A stretch of 63,281 nucleotides of DNA, filler included. It is 4 parts of 4 records of this genome, joined end to end, with 100 filler letters (N's around TTAATTAATTAA, not from the genome) between each part and the next. Parts side by side here need not be neighbours in the genome. Positions count along the whole stretch, not along the records: positions 42,315 to 57,302 come from SRR2962707_849; positions 57,403 to 63,281 come from SRR2962707_870; 2 more parts are not named here. The stretch is one strand, 5' to 3'. The notes beneath the pieces are model-generated. The model did no database searches, was not told the DNA's origin, and saw nothing but the letters and a program-made list of their open reading frames with translations. The translations under genes were made by a program, and so were the position numbers. Below are positions 49,337 to 61,002 of the stretch, in pieces. The stretch's first letter is position 1. Every line of letters begins with the position of its first letter.

Positions 49337-49777
49337 TTAAGGCGCCAGCTTCTTCGTGTCGTCGTAATAAATCGCCTGCCCAGTCACACGGGCTTTCGGC
49401 AAAGAAAAGCCAGACCCTATGGAGGTACCAACACCGCCACTGCCTAAAGACAGCCCTAACCCTGTTCCCAAATGCTCAAAAGAGCTTTCTGAAACCTGAT
49501 CCAATATCACGCCATTGGCGCCAATCTTAGCGGCTTGCTCTTTGAGCTCAACTTTGGCTTTTTCCAACCTAGCGTCATCAGAAAAGCCTTTTTCACTGGT
49601 GGCTTTCACGGTACCAATCACCTGATAAGAGAACGTCGGTTTATGGGAAAAAAGCGCCACTTGTTCAGGGTCAATTTCAGGGCGTTTATCGCCGGTTAAC
49701 TGATAAGAGCCTGAGGCGCACCCTTGCAGTAACAAAGAGAAAAGAAGTATCGAGATAAAAGGTATTATTTTTAACAT
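49337..49777 (-). CDS. Lipoprotein, YbjQ/DUF4156-like fold
   Basis: Lipobox LQGC; LKEQAAKIGANGVIL, GQAI; start placed at MLKII. Confidence 0.75.
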   Translation of the reverse strand: MLKIIPFISILLFSLLLQGCASGSYQLTGDKRPEIDPEQVALFSHKPTFSYQVIGTVKATSEKGFSDDARLEKAKVELKEQAAKIGANGVILDQVSESSFEHLGTGLGLSLGSGGVGTSIGSGFSLPKARVTGQAIYYDDTKKLAP

Positions 49778-49949
49778 GATAACCCACAGTGAATACGTAA
49801 AATGTTGAACCAAACCTTACGAAAACGGCAAGTAAGGCGCCACAGAACACTACTTTGAAGATATACCACTTTGTGAGTTCGTACCAAAAACCACTGGATT
49901 AAAAGCGGCTAAGTTTCTTTATCTTGAGGCTTCCCTAACAATCCGCCAT

Positions 49950-49977
49950 AAAAAAAGAGGCGCTTGCCTCTTTTTTA
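49950..49977 (-). terminator. Intrinsic terminator after dcd
   Basis: AAAAAAAGAGGC-gctt-GCCTCTTTTTT. Confidence 0.85.
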
Positions 49978-49991
49978 AACACCGTTAGAAT

Positions 49992-50579
49992 TTAGCTTTT
50001 ATCGCCCGATATGCGACTGCCTACCGCCGACGTCTGATTCTTATACTTGGCATTGTCGCGTTTGTTATAAGGACGCTCTGCAGAACCGGACATGGTTTCG
50101 AAGTTAATCGCTCCTATGGTCATGCCTGGGCTCAGCGCGATGGGCAATTTGCCACCGTTTAAGAACTCCAAAACAATGCCGCCGCTCCAACCTGGATCAA
50201 TTCGATGGGCCGTTACGTGCACCATCAGCCCCAAACGCGCCAAAGAAGAACGCCCATCTAGCCAGCCAACCAAATTGTCAGGCAAGGTCACCGATTCTTT
50301 CGTCACGCCCAAAACCAATTCACCAGGATGGATAAAGAATGGCTTACCATCCTCGACCAAAATCTCTTCGCTCATGACCGATTCAATGACTTTATTTAAA
50401 TCGGCTTTCGAACTACTAAGGTCCAGATAAGGCGCTGGGTGACCTTGGAACACACGAAAGGAGTTCCCTAATCGAAGGTCCACGGAGACGCCACTAATTA
50501 CACTATTATCTGGGCGAGGGTCTATGGTAATGGCACCTTCATCTAAGGCTTTAATGATATCTCGGTCACACAAACGCAT
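49992..50579 (-). CDS. dcd: dCTP deaminase
   Basis: [28 protein letters not shown]. Confidence 0.97.
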   Translation of the reverse strand: MRLCDRDIIKALDEGAITIDPRPDNSVISGVSVDLRLGNSFRVFQGHPAPYLDLSSSKADLNKVIESVMSEEILVEDGKPFFIHPGELVLGVTKESVTLPDNLVGWLDGRSSLARLGLMVHVTAHRIDPGWSGGIVLEFLNGGKLPIALSPGMTIGAINFETMSGSAERPYNKRDNAKYKNQTSAVGSRISGDKS

Positions 50580-50588
50580 TTCTATTCC

Positions 50589-51659
50589 TTAATCGTCACT
50601 CATGCCAATAGTCGGCATTGCAAACTGGTTATCTTGTTGGGACGCAAGAGTAGCACCAAGCTTACGCGCAATCGACTGATAAATGCCGGCCGCTTCGCTT
50701 TCTGGCTCACTCACTACAACTGGATTGCCCGCGTCACTGTGCTGACGAATCGCCAAACTCAGCGGCAATTTGCCCAATACATCAACGTTATATTCTTTTG
50801 CTAAGCTGGTGCCGCCTTCGTCACCAAAGATGGCTTCATGGTGTCCACAGTTCGAACAAATGTGCGTCGACATGTTTTCCACCACGCCCAACACAGGGAT
50901 TTTCACCTTATTAAACATCTCAATGCCACGACGCGCATCCAACAAAGCAATGTCTTGCGGCGTGGTGACAATAACAGAGCCCGCCACCGGCACCTTCTGC
51001 GATAAGGTCAGTTGAATGTCCCCTGTGCCCGGCGGCATATCGATGAATAAATAATCCAAATCGTTCCAGTCGGTTTGCGTCAAAATCTGCATTAAGGCGC
51101 CCGTCACCATAGGCCCACGCCAAGCAACCGGTGTGTCTTTAGTGGTTAAAAACGCCATCGACATGACTTGCACGCCGTGCGCCATAGGTGGAATAAAGAT
51201 CTTTTCATCTCGAACTTCTGGACGGGTGCCGTCCGCAAAGCCCATCATCATGCCTTGGCTTGGCCCATAAATGTCCGCATCCAGAATGCCCACGCGTGCG
51301 CCTTCTTTCGCCATCGCCAATGCCAGATTGACCGTAGTAGTGGATTTACCCACTCCGCCTTTGCCTGACGCCACCGCGATGATGTTTTTCACCCCAGTAA
51401 GCCCAGGAATATTTCCTTGCGTTGCCTGACTTACTACCTGATGCTCAAGTTCCACAATCAGCTCACGAGGGTCCGCCAATAAAGTGCGAATACGCTCAGT
51501 TAATGCTGCTTTTTCTGTCTGGGCTGGGTAACCCAAGCTTAGGGTAAGATGTAAGCGCGTCGAGTCCCCTACTACTTGCCAGACAGCGCCATACGCTTGA
51601 CCGCTGTTCTGATCGGTTAGTGTTTCTAATTGAGCCTGTATTTGGGCATCGGTTTGCAT
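50589..51659 (-). CDS. apbC: Fe-S cluster carrier ApbC/Mrp
   Basis: SGKGGVGKST, DADIYGPS, WRGPM, DMPPGTGD, ENMS..CSNC; start placed at MQTDAQ after GGAGAG. Confidence 0.95.
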   Translation of the reverse strand: MQTDAQIQAQLETLTDQNSGQAYGAVWQVVGDSTRLHLTLSLGYPAQTEKAALTERIRTLLADPRELIVELEHQVVSQATQGNIPGLTGVKNIIAVASGKGGVGKSTTTVNLALAMAKEGARVGILDADIYGPSQGMMMGFADGTRPEVRDEKIFIPPMAHGVQVMSMAFLTTKDTPVAWRGPMVTGALMQILTQTDWNDLDYLFIDMPPGTGDIQLTLSQKVPVAGSVIVTTPQDIALLDARRGIEMFNKVKIPVLGVVENMSTHICSNCGHHEAIFGDEGGTSLAKEYNVDVLGKLPLSLAIRQHSDAGNPVVVSEPESEAAGIYQSIARKLGATLASQQDNQFAMPTIGMSDD

Positions 51660-51812
51660 ACTTCTCTCCAACAAAGCGGCGGCGTTATCTATAAACAGTC
51701 CAATCACTGAGCATAAACAGACACGACCGGCTTTTTAATAAGTCGTTGTGACGAAAATTTCTAGAATATGTGCCAAGTGTGGGGGCAAAATGCAGAAAAG
51801 CAAGTCAAGCTA

Positions 51813-51840
51813 TTGCACACCACTGAAGGGCTCTTATAAT
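51813..51840 (+). promoter_or_regulatory. Sigma70 promoter of metG
   Basis: TTGCAC-N16-TATAAT. Confidence 0.65.
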
Positions 51841-51974
51841 TACGCGATCTATTTCGTTATCAATGGTTAGGCTCTTTTAGCGTTCTTCGACTTAGTCCTT
51901 ACATCGCGATATATCCAGCGATGCCTTCCTATTGATAGAATACTCGACCTTTTACTCCAGCAGGCTTATCACTA

Positions 51975-54026
51975 ATGGCACAAACGCAACGCAAAATTTT
52001 AGTTACCAGCGCCCTTCCGTATGCAAATGGACCTATCCATTTAGGGCATATGCTGGAACACATCCAAACCGATATCTGGGTGCGTTTTCAGAAACTTCGC
52101 GGCCACCTTTGTACCGCTGTTTGTGCCGATGACGCACACGGCACCGCCATCATGATAAAAGCGGACCAACAAGGCATCACGTCAGAAGAGTTGATCGATG
52201 GTGTGCGCAAAGCCCACACCGCGGATTTTAACGATTTCTTGATTGGCTATGATAACTACTACTCGACTCACTCAGAAGAAAACCGTGAGATCTCCAATCG
52301 TATCTATAAGCTACTACGCGACAACGGTAAAATTGCCGTGCGTTCTATCGTGCAAGCGTACGACCCTGAAAAAGAGATGTTCCTAGCGGATCGTTTTATC
52401 AAGGGCACCTGCCCGAAATGTAAAGCGGAAGATCAGTACGGCGACAATTGTGAGGTCTGTTCTGCGACTTACACGCCAATGGAAATGATCGACCCACGCT
52501 CGGTTTACTCTGGCGCGACCCCTATTGAAAAAGAATCTGAGCATTACTTCTTTAAATTGCCAGACTTCCAAGACTTCCTAGCCAAATGGACTCGCAGCGG
52601 CACACTACAAGATCAAGTCGCTAATAAATTGGCTGAATGGCTAGAATCTGGTTTGAAAGAATGGGACATCAGTCGTGATGCGCCTTACTTCGGTTTTGAA
52701 ATCCCAGACGCGCCAGGCAAATACTTCTACGTTTGGCTGGACGCCCCAATCGGCTACATGGCGAGTTTTAAAAATCTATGTGACCGCACCGAAGGTCTAA
52801 ACTTCGACGATTACTGGGCGAAAAACTCCGACGCAGAGCTGTACCACTTTATCGGCAAAGACATCATCAATTTCCACGCCTTATTCTGGCCGGCAATATT
52901 GGAATGTTCAGGTTACCGCACACCAACAGGGGTCAATGCCCACGGTTATGTGACGGTCGATGGCACCAAGATGTCTAAATCCCGTGGTACCTTTATCATG
53001 GCGCGCACTTACTTAAACCATTTAGACCCGCAATACTTGCGTTACTACTTCGCCGCGAAGTTAAACTCAAGCGTCGATGACATCGATCTAAACCTGCAAG
53101 ACTTCGTACAACGCGTGAACTCAGACGTGGTCGGCAAGGTGGTTAACATTGCCAGCCGTACCGCCAGCTTTATTAATAAGAAGTTCGATGGACAGCTTGC
53201 TAGCCAAATCAGCGAAGCGGAAATGATTCAGTCCTTCATTGACGCAGGTGATGTGATTGCTGAGCACTTTGAAGCTCGTGAATACGGCAAGGCCGTGCGT
53301 GAAATCATGCGCTTAGCCGACGTTGCGAACACCTATATTGCCGACCAAGCACCTTGGGTATTAGCGAAAGACGAAGCCACGCTGCCAAAAGTACAAGAAG
53401 TCTGTACTGTCGCCCTGAATCTATTCAGCATTCTAGCGACCTACCTGAAACCCGTTTTACCAAACATGGTTGCAGACGCAGAAACCTTCCTTGGCAAAAC
53501 GCTAACATGGGAAAATCGCAGCGAATTATTATTCGACCGCACCGTTAATACGTTTAAACCATTGATGGGGCGCATCGAACAGAAACAAATCGATGCCATG
53601 ATCGAAGAAGGCAAAGAGGCCGCAGCAGAAGCCGCTAAAGCCAATGAGCCAGCCGCGGCGGTGACGGAAGAGACAGAACTAAGCAAAGAGCCAATCGAAG
53701 CGGAAATCCATTTTGATGACTTTGCTAAAGTGGATCTTCGCATCGCGCTGATCGCCAAAGCCGAGCATGTTGAAAAAGCCAATAAGCTCTTGAAACTGAC
53801 GTTAGACCTTGGCGGTGAAACCCGCACCGTATTCTCTGGCATTAAGTCCGCTTACAAGCCAGAAGACCTTGAGGGCAAATTAACCGTGATGGTCGCGAAC
53901 CTAGCGCCGCGCAAAATGAAATTTGGCTTATCGGAAGGCATGGTTCTCGCTGCAGGACCTGGCAAAGACGAAATCTACTTGCTTGAGCCACACGCCGGAG
54001 CAAAACCTGGCCAACGTGTGATGTAA
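51975..54026 (+). CDS. metG: Methionyl-tRNA synthetase
   Basis: [16 protein letters not shown], Zn knuckles, C-terminal tRNA-binding OB domain. Confidence 0.98.
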   Translation: MAQTQRKILVTSALPYANGPIHLGHMLEHIQTDIWVRFQKLRGHLCTAVCADDAHGTAIMIKADQQGITSEELIDGVRKAHTADFNDFLIGYDNYYSTHSEENREISNRIYKLLRDNGKIAVRSIVQAYDPEKEMFLADRFIKGTCPKCKAEDQYGDNCEVCSATYTPMEMIDPRSVYSGATPIEKESEHYFFKLPDFQDFLAKWTRSGTLQDQVANKLAEWLESGLKEWDISRDAPYFGFEIPDAPGKYFYVWLDAPIGYMASFKNLCDRTEGLNFDDYWAKNSDAELYHFIGKDIINFHALFWPAILECSGYRTPTGVNAHGYVTVDGTKMSKSRGTFIMARTYLNHLDPQYLRYYFAAKLNSSVDDIDLNLQDFVQRVNSDVVGKVVNIASRTASFINKKFDGQLASQISEAEMIQSFIDAGDVIAEHFEAREYGKAVREIMRLADVANTYIADQAPWVLAKDEATLPKVQEVCTVALNLFSILATYLKPVLPNMVADAETFLGKTLTWENRSELLFDRTVNTFKPLMGRIEQKQIDAMIEEGKEAAAEAAKANEPAAAVTEETELSKEPIEAEIHFDDFAKVDLRIALIAKAEHVEKANKLLKLTLDLGGETRTVFSGIKSAYKPEDLEGKLTVMVANLAPRKMKFGLSEGMVLAAGPGKDEIYLLEPHAGAKPGQRVM

Positions 54027-54046
54027 ACACTTTTTATTAAAAGCCC

Positions 54047-54086
54047 GACAACTGGCTCTAAATAAGTAAAGCCAGTTGTCTCTTTT
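54047..54086 (+). terminator. Intrinsic terminator after metG
   Basis: GACAACTGGCT...AGCCAGTTGTC TCTTTT. Confidence 0.8.
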
Positions 54087-54265
54087 AGTATCATAAAGTG
54101 AGCTTATATAATCATAGCTTATTATCTATATTCTAAATTACACTAACCGAAGTGGCTATTTAGTCTTGTTAGTTATAAGCAGCTTGGTATAGTTACCGTC
54201 GCGCATGATACTCAATGAATGCGCGTCAACTTCTGTGAATTCATCGATTATATTTTGGACGTGAG

Positions 54266-54847
54266 ATGACTGATTATCTCTTGATACTGGTCAGCACCAT
54301 ACTGGTTAACAACTTCGTATTGGTACAATTTTTAGGCCTCTGCCCCTTTATGGGCGTCTCTAGCAAACTAGAAACATCGATCGGCATGGCCTTAGCCACC
54401 ACCTTTGTATTAACGCTTTCTAGCCTTTGTAGTTATCTCACTTACACCTATATTCTGCAGCCATTTGGCTTAGAATATTTGAAAACCATCTCTTTCATTT
54501 TGGTGATTGCTGTGGTGGTTCAATTTACCGAAATGGTGGTGCATAAAACCAGCCCTATTCTGTATCGCGTGCTGGGGATTTTCTTGCCCTTGATCACGAC
54601 AAACTGTGCGGTTCTCGGTGTTGCCTTGCAAAATACCAGCAAGCAAAATGGCTTTGTAGAGTCCATCTTATATGGCTTTGGCGCCGCCGTAGGCTTCTCT
54701 TTTGTGTTGATCCTATTCTCCGCCATGCGTGAGCGCATTAATGTCGCTGACGTACCAGGCATATTCAAAGGCTCAGCCATAGGTATGATTACCGCTGGCC
54801 TGATGGCGTTAGCCTTCATGGGCTTTACTGGCCTAGTGCAAATTTAG
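54266..54847 (+). CDS. rnfA: Rnf/Rsx electron transport complex subunit A
   Basis: [24 protein letters not shown]. Confidence 0.96.
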   Translation: MTDYLLILVSTILVNNFVLVQFLGLCPFMGVSSKLETSIGMALATTFVLTLSSLCSYLTYTYILQPFGLEYLKTISFILVIAVVVQFTEMVVHKTSPILYRVLGIFLPLITTNCAVLGVALQNTSKQNGFVESILYGFGAAVGFSFVLILFSAMRERINVADVPGIFKGSAIGMITAGLMALAFMGFTGLVQI

Positions 54848-54855
54848 GAGCCATT

Positions 54856-55452
54856 ATGCTGACTGTCTTAGTTGCTGTCGGGATCTTATTGGTCCTATCG
54901 TTAATCTTCGGTGCCATCCTAGGTTACGCCAATGTGCGTTTCCACGTGGAAGGCGACCCTATCGTGGACCAAATCGACGCCATCTTGCCGCAAACCCAGT
55001 GCGGTCAATGTGGTCATCCGGGCTGTCGTCCATACGCTGAAGCCATTTCCAATGGTGAAGCCATCAACCATTGCCCGCCTGGTGGCCAAGCGACTATTCA
55101 AGCGCTGGCGGACTTATTGGATGTCGAAGCGATTCCTCTGGATGGCGACCACGGCACCGAAACCGCGAAACGCGTTGCTGTCATCCGCGAAGACGAATGC
55201 ATTGGCTGCACAAAGTGCATTCAAGCGTGTCCTGTCGACGCCATTCTAGGTGCCGCAAAACAGATGCATACCGTGATTGCTGACGAATGCACTGGCTGTG
55301 ACTTATGTGTAGAACCTTGCCCTGTAGATTGTATTGATATGGTAGAAGTAGGCGTTACCTCAAGAACATGGTCTTGGGAAAAACCCCAAGGCATTGCCGC
55401 GCAACCTGGTAGCATCATTGCGACTGACCGCCAAGCGGAGGTCGTGCACTAA
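54856..55452 (+). CDS. rnfB: Rnf/Rsx complex subunit B
   Basis: [13 protein letters not shown], two 4Fe-4S motifs. Confidence 0.96.
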   Translation: MLTVLVAVGILLVLSLIFGAILGYANVRFHVEGDPIVDQIDAILPQTQCGQCGHPGCRPYAEAISNGEAINHCPPGGQATIQALADLLDVEAIPLDGDHGTETAKRVAVIREDECIGCTKCIQACPVDAILGAAKQMHTVIADECTGCDLCVEPCPVDCIDMVEVGVTSRTWSWEKPQGIAAQPGSIIATDRQAEVVH

Positions 55453-57302
55453 TGCAAACTGCAAGCGTCTTTTCCTTTCATGGTGGCATTCACCCACCGG
55501 AAAACAAAACACAATCATTACGACTGCCTCTTGGCCGCCCGAGCCTACCAACAGAACTGGTCTTGCCGCTTGGGCAACACATTGGCCAAAGCTCACGTCC
55601 ATTGGTCAATATTGGCGACAAGGTACTTAAAGGCCAAACCATTGCCATTAACAATGGCTTTTTGAGCAGTTTTTTACACGCCCCTACTTCTGGCACGATC
55701 AAGGCAATCGAAGAACGCCCTATCGCACACCCTTCAGGTTTGAGCGACGTTTGCATTGTCATCGCCCCAGACGGCGAAGAAAAATGGAGCACTCTCACCC
55801 CACTGCAAGATTGGAACACCCTAAGCAAAACCGATGTGTTAGCCTATTTAGCAGAAATGGGCATTGTTGGCATGGGTGGCGCGGGCTTCCCAACCCAAGT
55901 GAAATTACAAGGTGCCCATAAGCACCCACTCACTCACTTTATTATCAATGCGGCAGAATGCGAACCTTACATCACTGCCGATGACATGCTGATCCGCGAG
56001 AAAACCATCGAGCTAGTGCTCGGCATTGAAGCGCTGCAACACCTTGTTGAAGCGGAACAAGTTATTATTGGCATTGAAGACAACAAACCCACTGCCATTG
56101 CAGCCTTAAAGAAGGTATTAAGCGATCGCCTTAGCAACATTAAAGTCGCGGCTGTGCCAACCAAATACCCTTCTGGCGGTGAAAAACAGCTTATTCAACT
56201 GCTCACAGGCAAAGAAGTACCAAGCGGCCAATACCCTGCAGACATTGGCATATTGTGCCAAAACGTCGGCACCTGTGTCGCTGTACACGATGCGATTCAC
56301 CTAGGCCAGCCGTTGATTTCTCGTTTCACCACACTCACCGGTGACGCGCTAAAAGCACCACAAAACGTTGAAGTGTTACTTGGCACCCCCATTCAGCATC
56401 TTTTGAATTACGCCGAAAACGACAGCAAAAAACTCAAACGACTGGTTATGGGCGGCCCTATGATGGGGTTCACCCTTGACTCGGCCAACGTGCCCATTGT
56501 TAAAACCAGTAACTGTGTGTTGGCGGCCAGCAAAAAAGAGTTACCACAACCTGCTCCAGAGCAAGCCTGCATTCGCTGCGGCATGTGTGAACAAGCGTGC
56601 CCCGCCAGCCTATTGCCTCAGCAATTACTTTGGTTCAGCAAAAGCCAAGAGCTTGAAAAAGCAGAACACTATAACCTGTTCGACTGCATTGAATGTGGCG
56701 CTTGTTCCTATGTTTGCCCAAGCAGCATCCCACTGGTTCAGTACTATCGCCATACTAAGAGCAGCATCCGCGAAGCTCGTGAAGCCGCGGTGAAATCCGA
56801 CTTAGCGAAGCAACGTTTTGAAGCTCGCAAAGCTCGCCAAGATGCCGAAGCCGCAGAAAAAGAAGCGAAGCGTCTGGCTCGTCAAAAAGCCTCTGCCAGC
56901 AAATCGTCTGAGACGAAAAAAGTCGCCCCTAAAGCCGCGCCTGCTGCTGCCGCAACAACAGCCACCCCGGCTGGAGACGACAGCAAGAAGCTGAAGATTG
57001 ACCTAGCGATCGCCAAAACCAAGCTGAAGAAACTGCAAAAGCAGCTCCTTGAAGCACAAGAAAACGAACACACAGAAGAAATTAACACCCTGCAACTGCA
57101 AACCAGCGCGCAAGAAAAAGCCGTTGCCTTGCTAGAAGAGCAATTGGCTAACGCGGTCGCATCGGCACCAGCGCCTACGCCTAAAGCCCCTGCCAGCGAC
57201 GAACTTAAAAAGGCCAAGGTGGATGTTGCACTGAGCGGCACCAAACTGAAGAAGGTCCAAAAACAACTGGCCGAATCGCCAGATGACGCCGAGTTACAAG
57301 CC
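55452..57302 (+). CDS. rnfC: Rnf/Rsx complex subunit C, 3' truncated by contig end
   Basis: GGIHP, GMGGAGFP, ECEPY, GGPMMG, CIRCG, CIECG. Confidence 0.96.
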
Positions 57303-57402
57303 NNNNNNNNNNNNNNNNNNNNNNNNNNNNNNNNNNNNNNNNNNNNTTAATTAATTAANNNNNNNNNNNNNNNNNNNNNNNNNNNNNNNNNNNNNNNNNN
57401 NN
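57303..57402. other. Artificial contig spacer
   Basis: 100-nt N block with TTAATTAATTAA at 57347-57358. Confidence 0.99.
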
Positions 57403-57446
57403 CTCAGCACAGGCTCTGGGGAATAAAACCCTCTATGAGGGATTCA
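57403..57446 (+). repeat. Dispersed repeat copy, 3' part at contig start
   Basis: CTCAGCACAGGCTCTGGGGAATAAAACCCTCTATGAGGGATTCAA. Confidence 0.85.
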
Positions 57447-57564
57447 ATAAATATAGTACATTTTCTCTTTGCCTACTCAATTTCTTCTTTTTTTTGAAAT
57501 ACAATTTCTAAAAAGTTATTTTTATAACAATCTGTTATATTTTTTTGAATTTTCTTTTTTTAGG

Positions 57565-57594
57565 TTGTACAACTGTGAATATTAATTACTTTTG
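57565..57594 (+). promoter_or_regulatory. Bacteroidetes sigma-A promoter upstream of asd
   Basis: TTG-N19-TACTTTTG. Confidence 0.65.
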
Positions 57595-57745
57595 CCTTAC
57601 ATAATTGAAGAAGAAACAAGTTTACCAGCAATAAACTTTACATTAATACGATAAAGATGAAACATCCATGTCTAAATGTAGACATCCTGTAGAATGATTA
57701 TTTTAGATGTTCCATGTTACCGTTAAAAACAATAAAAATAAACAC

Positions 57746-58735
57746 ATGAAAATAGCCGTTGTAGGAGCAACCGGAATGGTTGGAGAAGTAATGCTTAAAG
57801 TTTTAGAGGAACGTAATTTCCCTATTACAGAATTATTATTAGTTGCATCAGAGCGATCTGTAGGAAAAGAACTTTCTTTTAAAGATAAAACATATAAAGT
57901 AATAGGTCTAGAAGATGCTGTGGCTGCAAAACCAGACATCGCCATTTTCTCTGCCGGTGGTGGAACTTCATTAGAATGGGCACCAAAATTTGCAGAAGCT
58001 GGGGTTACCGTTATCGATAATTCTTCGGCTTGGCGTATGGATCCTACAAAGAAATTAGTAGTTCCAGAAATTAATGCAAATGAGCTTACAAAAGAAGACA
58101 AAATAATTGCGAACCCTAACTGCTCTACTATTCAGTTAGTAATGGCATTAGCACCACTACACAAACAATACCGAATGAAGCGTGTGGTAGTTTCTACCTA
58201 CCAATCTATTTCTGGTACGGGTGTAAAAGCTGTTAAACAGTTGGAAAACGAGTTGGCTGGTGTAGAAGGAGAAATGGCTTACCCTTATCCAATTAACAGA
58301 AATGCCTTACCTCATTGTGATGTTTTTGAAGAAAATGGATACACAAAAGAGGAAATGAAATTAGCCCGCGAGCCACAAAAAATATTAAGCGATAAAACAT
58401 TTGCTGTATCTGCAACAGCAGTTAGAATTCCTACTTCTGGGGGACACTCTGAAGCTGTAAATGTTCAATTTGAAAAAGATTTTACTTTAGCAGATATCCG
58501 AAGAGTTTTAAACGATACTCCTGGGGTTGTAGTGCAAGATAATCCAGATACAAATACATATCCAATGCCAATTTATGCGCATGATAAAGACGATGTGTTT
58601 GTAGGAAGAATCCGAAGAGATGAGTCGCAACCTAACACCCTTAATATGTGGATTGTAGCCGATAACCTTCGTAAAGGTGCTGCAACAAACGCAGTACAAA
58701 TTGCTGAGTATTTGGTAGAAAATAAATTGGTGTAA
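57746..58735 (+). CDS. asd: Aspartate-semialdehyde dehydrogenase
   Basis: VGATGMVG, DNSSAWR, NPNCST, GHSE, DNLRKGAA; start placed at MKIAVV. Confidence 0.97.
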   Translation: MKIAVVGATGMVGEVMLKVLEERNFPITELLLVASERSVGKELSFKDKTYKVIGLEDAVAAKPDIAIFSAGGGTSLEWAPKFAEAGVTVIDNSSAWRMDPTKKLVVPEINANELTKEDKIIANPNCSTIQLVMALAPLHKQYRMKRVVVSTYQSISGTGVKAVKQLENELAGVEGEMAYPYPINRNALPHCDVFEENGYTKEEMKLAREPQKILSDKTFAVSATAVRIPTSGGHSEAVNVQFEKDFTLADIRRVLNDTPGVVVQDNPDTNTYPMPIYAHDKDDVFVGRIRRDESQPNTLNMWIVADNLRKGAATNAVQIAEYLVENKLV

Positions 58736-58759
58736 TAAGGATACCATAAAAATATGTTA

Positions 58760-58795
58760 AAAAAGCCCTTGATAGTAAGCTATCAAGGGCTTTTT
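58760..58795 (+). terminator. Intrinsic terminator after asd
   Basis: AAAAAGCCCTTGATAG-taag-CTATCAAGGGCTTTTT. Confidence 0.9.
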
Positions 58796-58832
58796 CTTTA
58801 AATTATCCTCGCTAATTACTAATCAATAAATA

Positions 58833-60992
58833 ATGAAGAAACTCATCACTTGCGTAGTGATTGCTGGGGTTTTAACCTCTTGTGATACTACCGAAAACAA
58901 AAAAGATTTAACATTGAAATATCCTGCTACTAAAAAAGTAGATACCGTAAACACCTATTTCGGTACCGAAGTAAAAGACCCATACCGTTGGTTGGAAGAC
59001 GACCGCTCTGAAGAAACTGCTACTTGGGTAAAAAATGAAAATGAAGTAACTTTTGGGTATCTGGAAAAAATCCCTTTTAGAAATCAGTTAAAAGGACGAT
59101 TAGAAAAACTATGGAATTTCGAGAAAATTTCTGCCCCTTTTAAAGAAGGAGATTATACGTATTACTACAAAAATGATGGACTACAGAATCAATATGTAGT
59201 GTACCGCAAAAAAGAAGAAGAAGGAAACGAAGAAGTATTTTTAGATCCAAATACTTTTTCTGAAGACGGAACTACTTCTTTAGGCGGTTTAAGTTTTTCT
59301 AAAAGTGGAAATCTAGCTGCTTACTCAATCTCTGAAGGAGGAAGCGATTGGAGAAAAGTAATTATAAAAGATGCTAAAACTAAAGAAATTGTAGAAGATA
59401 CTATTGTTGATGTAAAGTTTAGCGGCCTCTCTTGGAAAGGAGACGAAGGCTTCTTTTATTCGAGCTACGACAAGCCAAAAGGAAGTGAACTTTCAGCAAA
59501 AACAGATCAGCATAAATTGTACTATCATAAATTAGGAACTCCTCAAAAAGACGATCAGCTTATATTTGGAGGGACAGAAGCCGAGAAACACCGTTATGTT
59601 GGTGGAAACGTTACCGAGAACAATAATTATTTATTAATTAGTGCATCTATTTCCACCTCTGGAAACAAGCTATTTATTAAAGACCTCAATAAAAAGAACG
59701 CTCCTTTAGTACCAATTATCGAAACTACAGAAAGTGATACTTATGTAATAGAAAATGTAGGTTCTAAACTTTATTTGGTAACCAATTTAAACGCTCCAAA
59801 CAAAAAAATAGTTACTGTAGATGCTTCTAATCCGAGTCCAGAAAATTGGGAAGATTTTATTCCAGAAACAGAACATGTTTTGAGTCCGAATACGGGAAGT
59901 GGTTATTTCTTTGCGGAATATATGGTGGATGCCGTTTCTCAAGTAAAGCAATATGATTACGACGGGAAATTAATTCGAGATGTTAAATTACCAGGTATTG
60001 GAAGTGTTGGTGGTTTTGGAAGTAAAAAGGAAGACGATGTAATCTATTATTCTTTTACCAATTACAACACCCCAGGAAGTACTTATAAATACAATCCTGA
60101 AACAGGAGAGTCTGAAGTTTATTGGACTCCAGAAATAGATTTTAATAGCAACGATTTCGAGTCAAAACAAGTTTTTTATACTTCAAAAGATGGTACAAAA
60201 GTTCCTATGCTTATTACCTATAAAAAAGGAATCGAGCTTAACGGAAAAAACCCAACTATTCTTTATGGTTACGGCGGATTCAACATTAGCTTAACACCTT
60301 CATTTAGTACGGCTATGGCTGTTTGGTTAGAACAAGGTGGTGTGTATGCAGTTCCAAACTTACGCGGTGGTGGAGAATACGGCAAAAAATGGCATGATGC
60401 TGGAACAAAACTTCAGAAACAAAATGTTTTTGACGACTTTATTGCAGCGGGAGAATACCTCATCAAAGAAAATTATACTTCATCAGATTATTTAGCAATC
60501 CGTGGAGGTTCTAATGGAGGATTATTGGTTGGCGCAACCATGACACAGCGTCCAGATTTAATGAAAGTAGCTTTACCAGCTGTAGGAGTTTTAGATATGC
60601 TTCGTTACCATACATTTACTGCGGGTGCAGGTTGGGCGTACGATTATGGTACTGCCGAAGACGATAAAGAAATGTTTGAATACCTAAAAGCATATTCGCC
60701 TGTTCATAATGTAAAAGAAGGAACTGCTTATCCAGCAACGCTAATAACAACGGGAGACCATGACGACCGCGTAGTACCTGCTCATAGTTTTAAATTTGCG
60801 GCAGAATTACAAGAAAAACAAAGTGGAAACAATCCTGTGCTTATTAGAATTGAAACCAATGCTGGACACGGAGCTGGAACTCCAGTAAGCAAAACAATAG
60901 ACCAATATGCAGATATTTTTGGATTTACCCTTTACAATATGGGTTATAAAGAATTACCTAACAAAGCTGCATTAAAAGAATTTAAAAAATAA
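58833..60992 (+). CDS. Prolyl oligopeptidase (S9A), lipoprotein
   Basis: Lipobox [28 protein letters not shown]. Confidence 0.96.
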   Translation: MKKLITCVVIAGVLTSCDTTENKKDLTLKYPATKKVDTVNTYFGTEVKDPYRWLEDDRSEETATWVKNENEVTFGYLEKIPFRNQLKGRLEKLWNFEKISAPFKEGDYTYYYKNDGLQNQYVVYRKKEEEGNEEVFLDPNTFSEDGTTSLGGLSFSKSGNLAAYSISEGGSDWRKVIIKDAKTKEIVEDTIVDVKFSGLSWKGDEGFFYSSYDKPKGSELSAKTDQHKLYYHKLGTPQKDDQLIFGGTEAEKHRYVGGNVTENNNYLLISASISTSGNKLFIKDLNKKNAPLVPIIETTESDTYVIENVGSKLYLVTNLNAPNKKIVTVDASNPSPENWEDFIPETEHVLSPNTGSGYFFAEYMVDAVSQVKQYDYDGKLIRDVKLPGIGSVGGFGSKKEDDVIYYSFTNYNTPGSTYKYNPETGESEVYWTPEIDFNSNDFESKQVFYTSKDGTKVPMLITYKKGIELNGKNPTILYGYGGFNISLTPSFSTAMAVWLEQGGVYAVPNLRGGGEYGKKWHDAGTKLQKQNVFDDFIAAGEYLIKENYTSSDYLAIRGGSNGGLLVGATMTQRPDLMKVALPAVGVLDMLRYHTFTAGAGWAYDYGTAEDDKEMFEYLKAYSPVHNVKEGTAYPATLITTGDHDDRVVPAHSFKFAAELQEKQSGNNPVLIRIETNAGHGAGTPVSKTIDQYADIFGFTLYNMGYKELPNKAALKEFKK

Positions 60993-61002
60993 CCTATAGA
61001 AC

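Noticed and set aside
42315-57302. Genomic island or horizontal transfer
   Set aside because: Bounded by artificial spacers, contains housekeeping genes, and has no integrase or att site.
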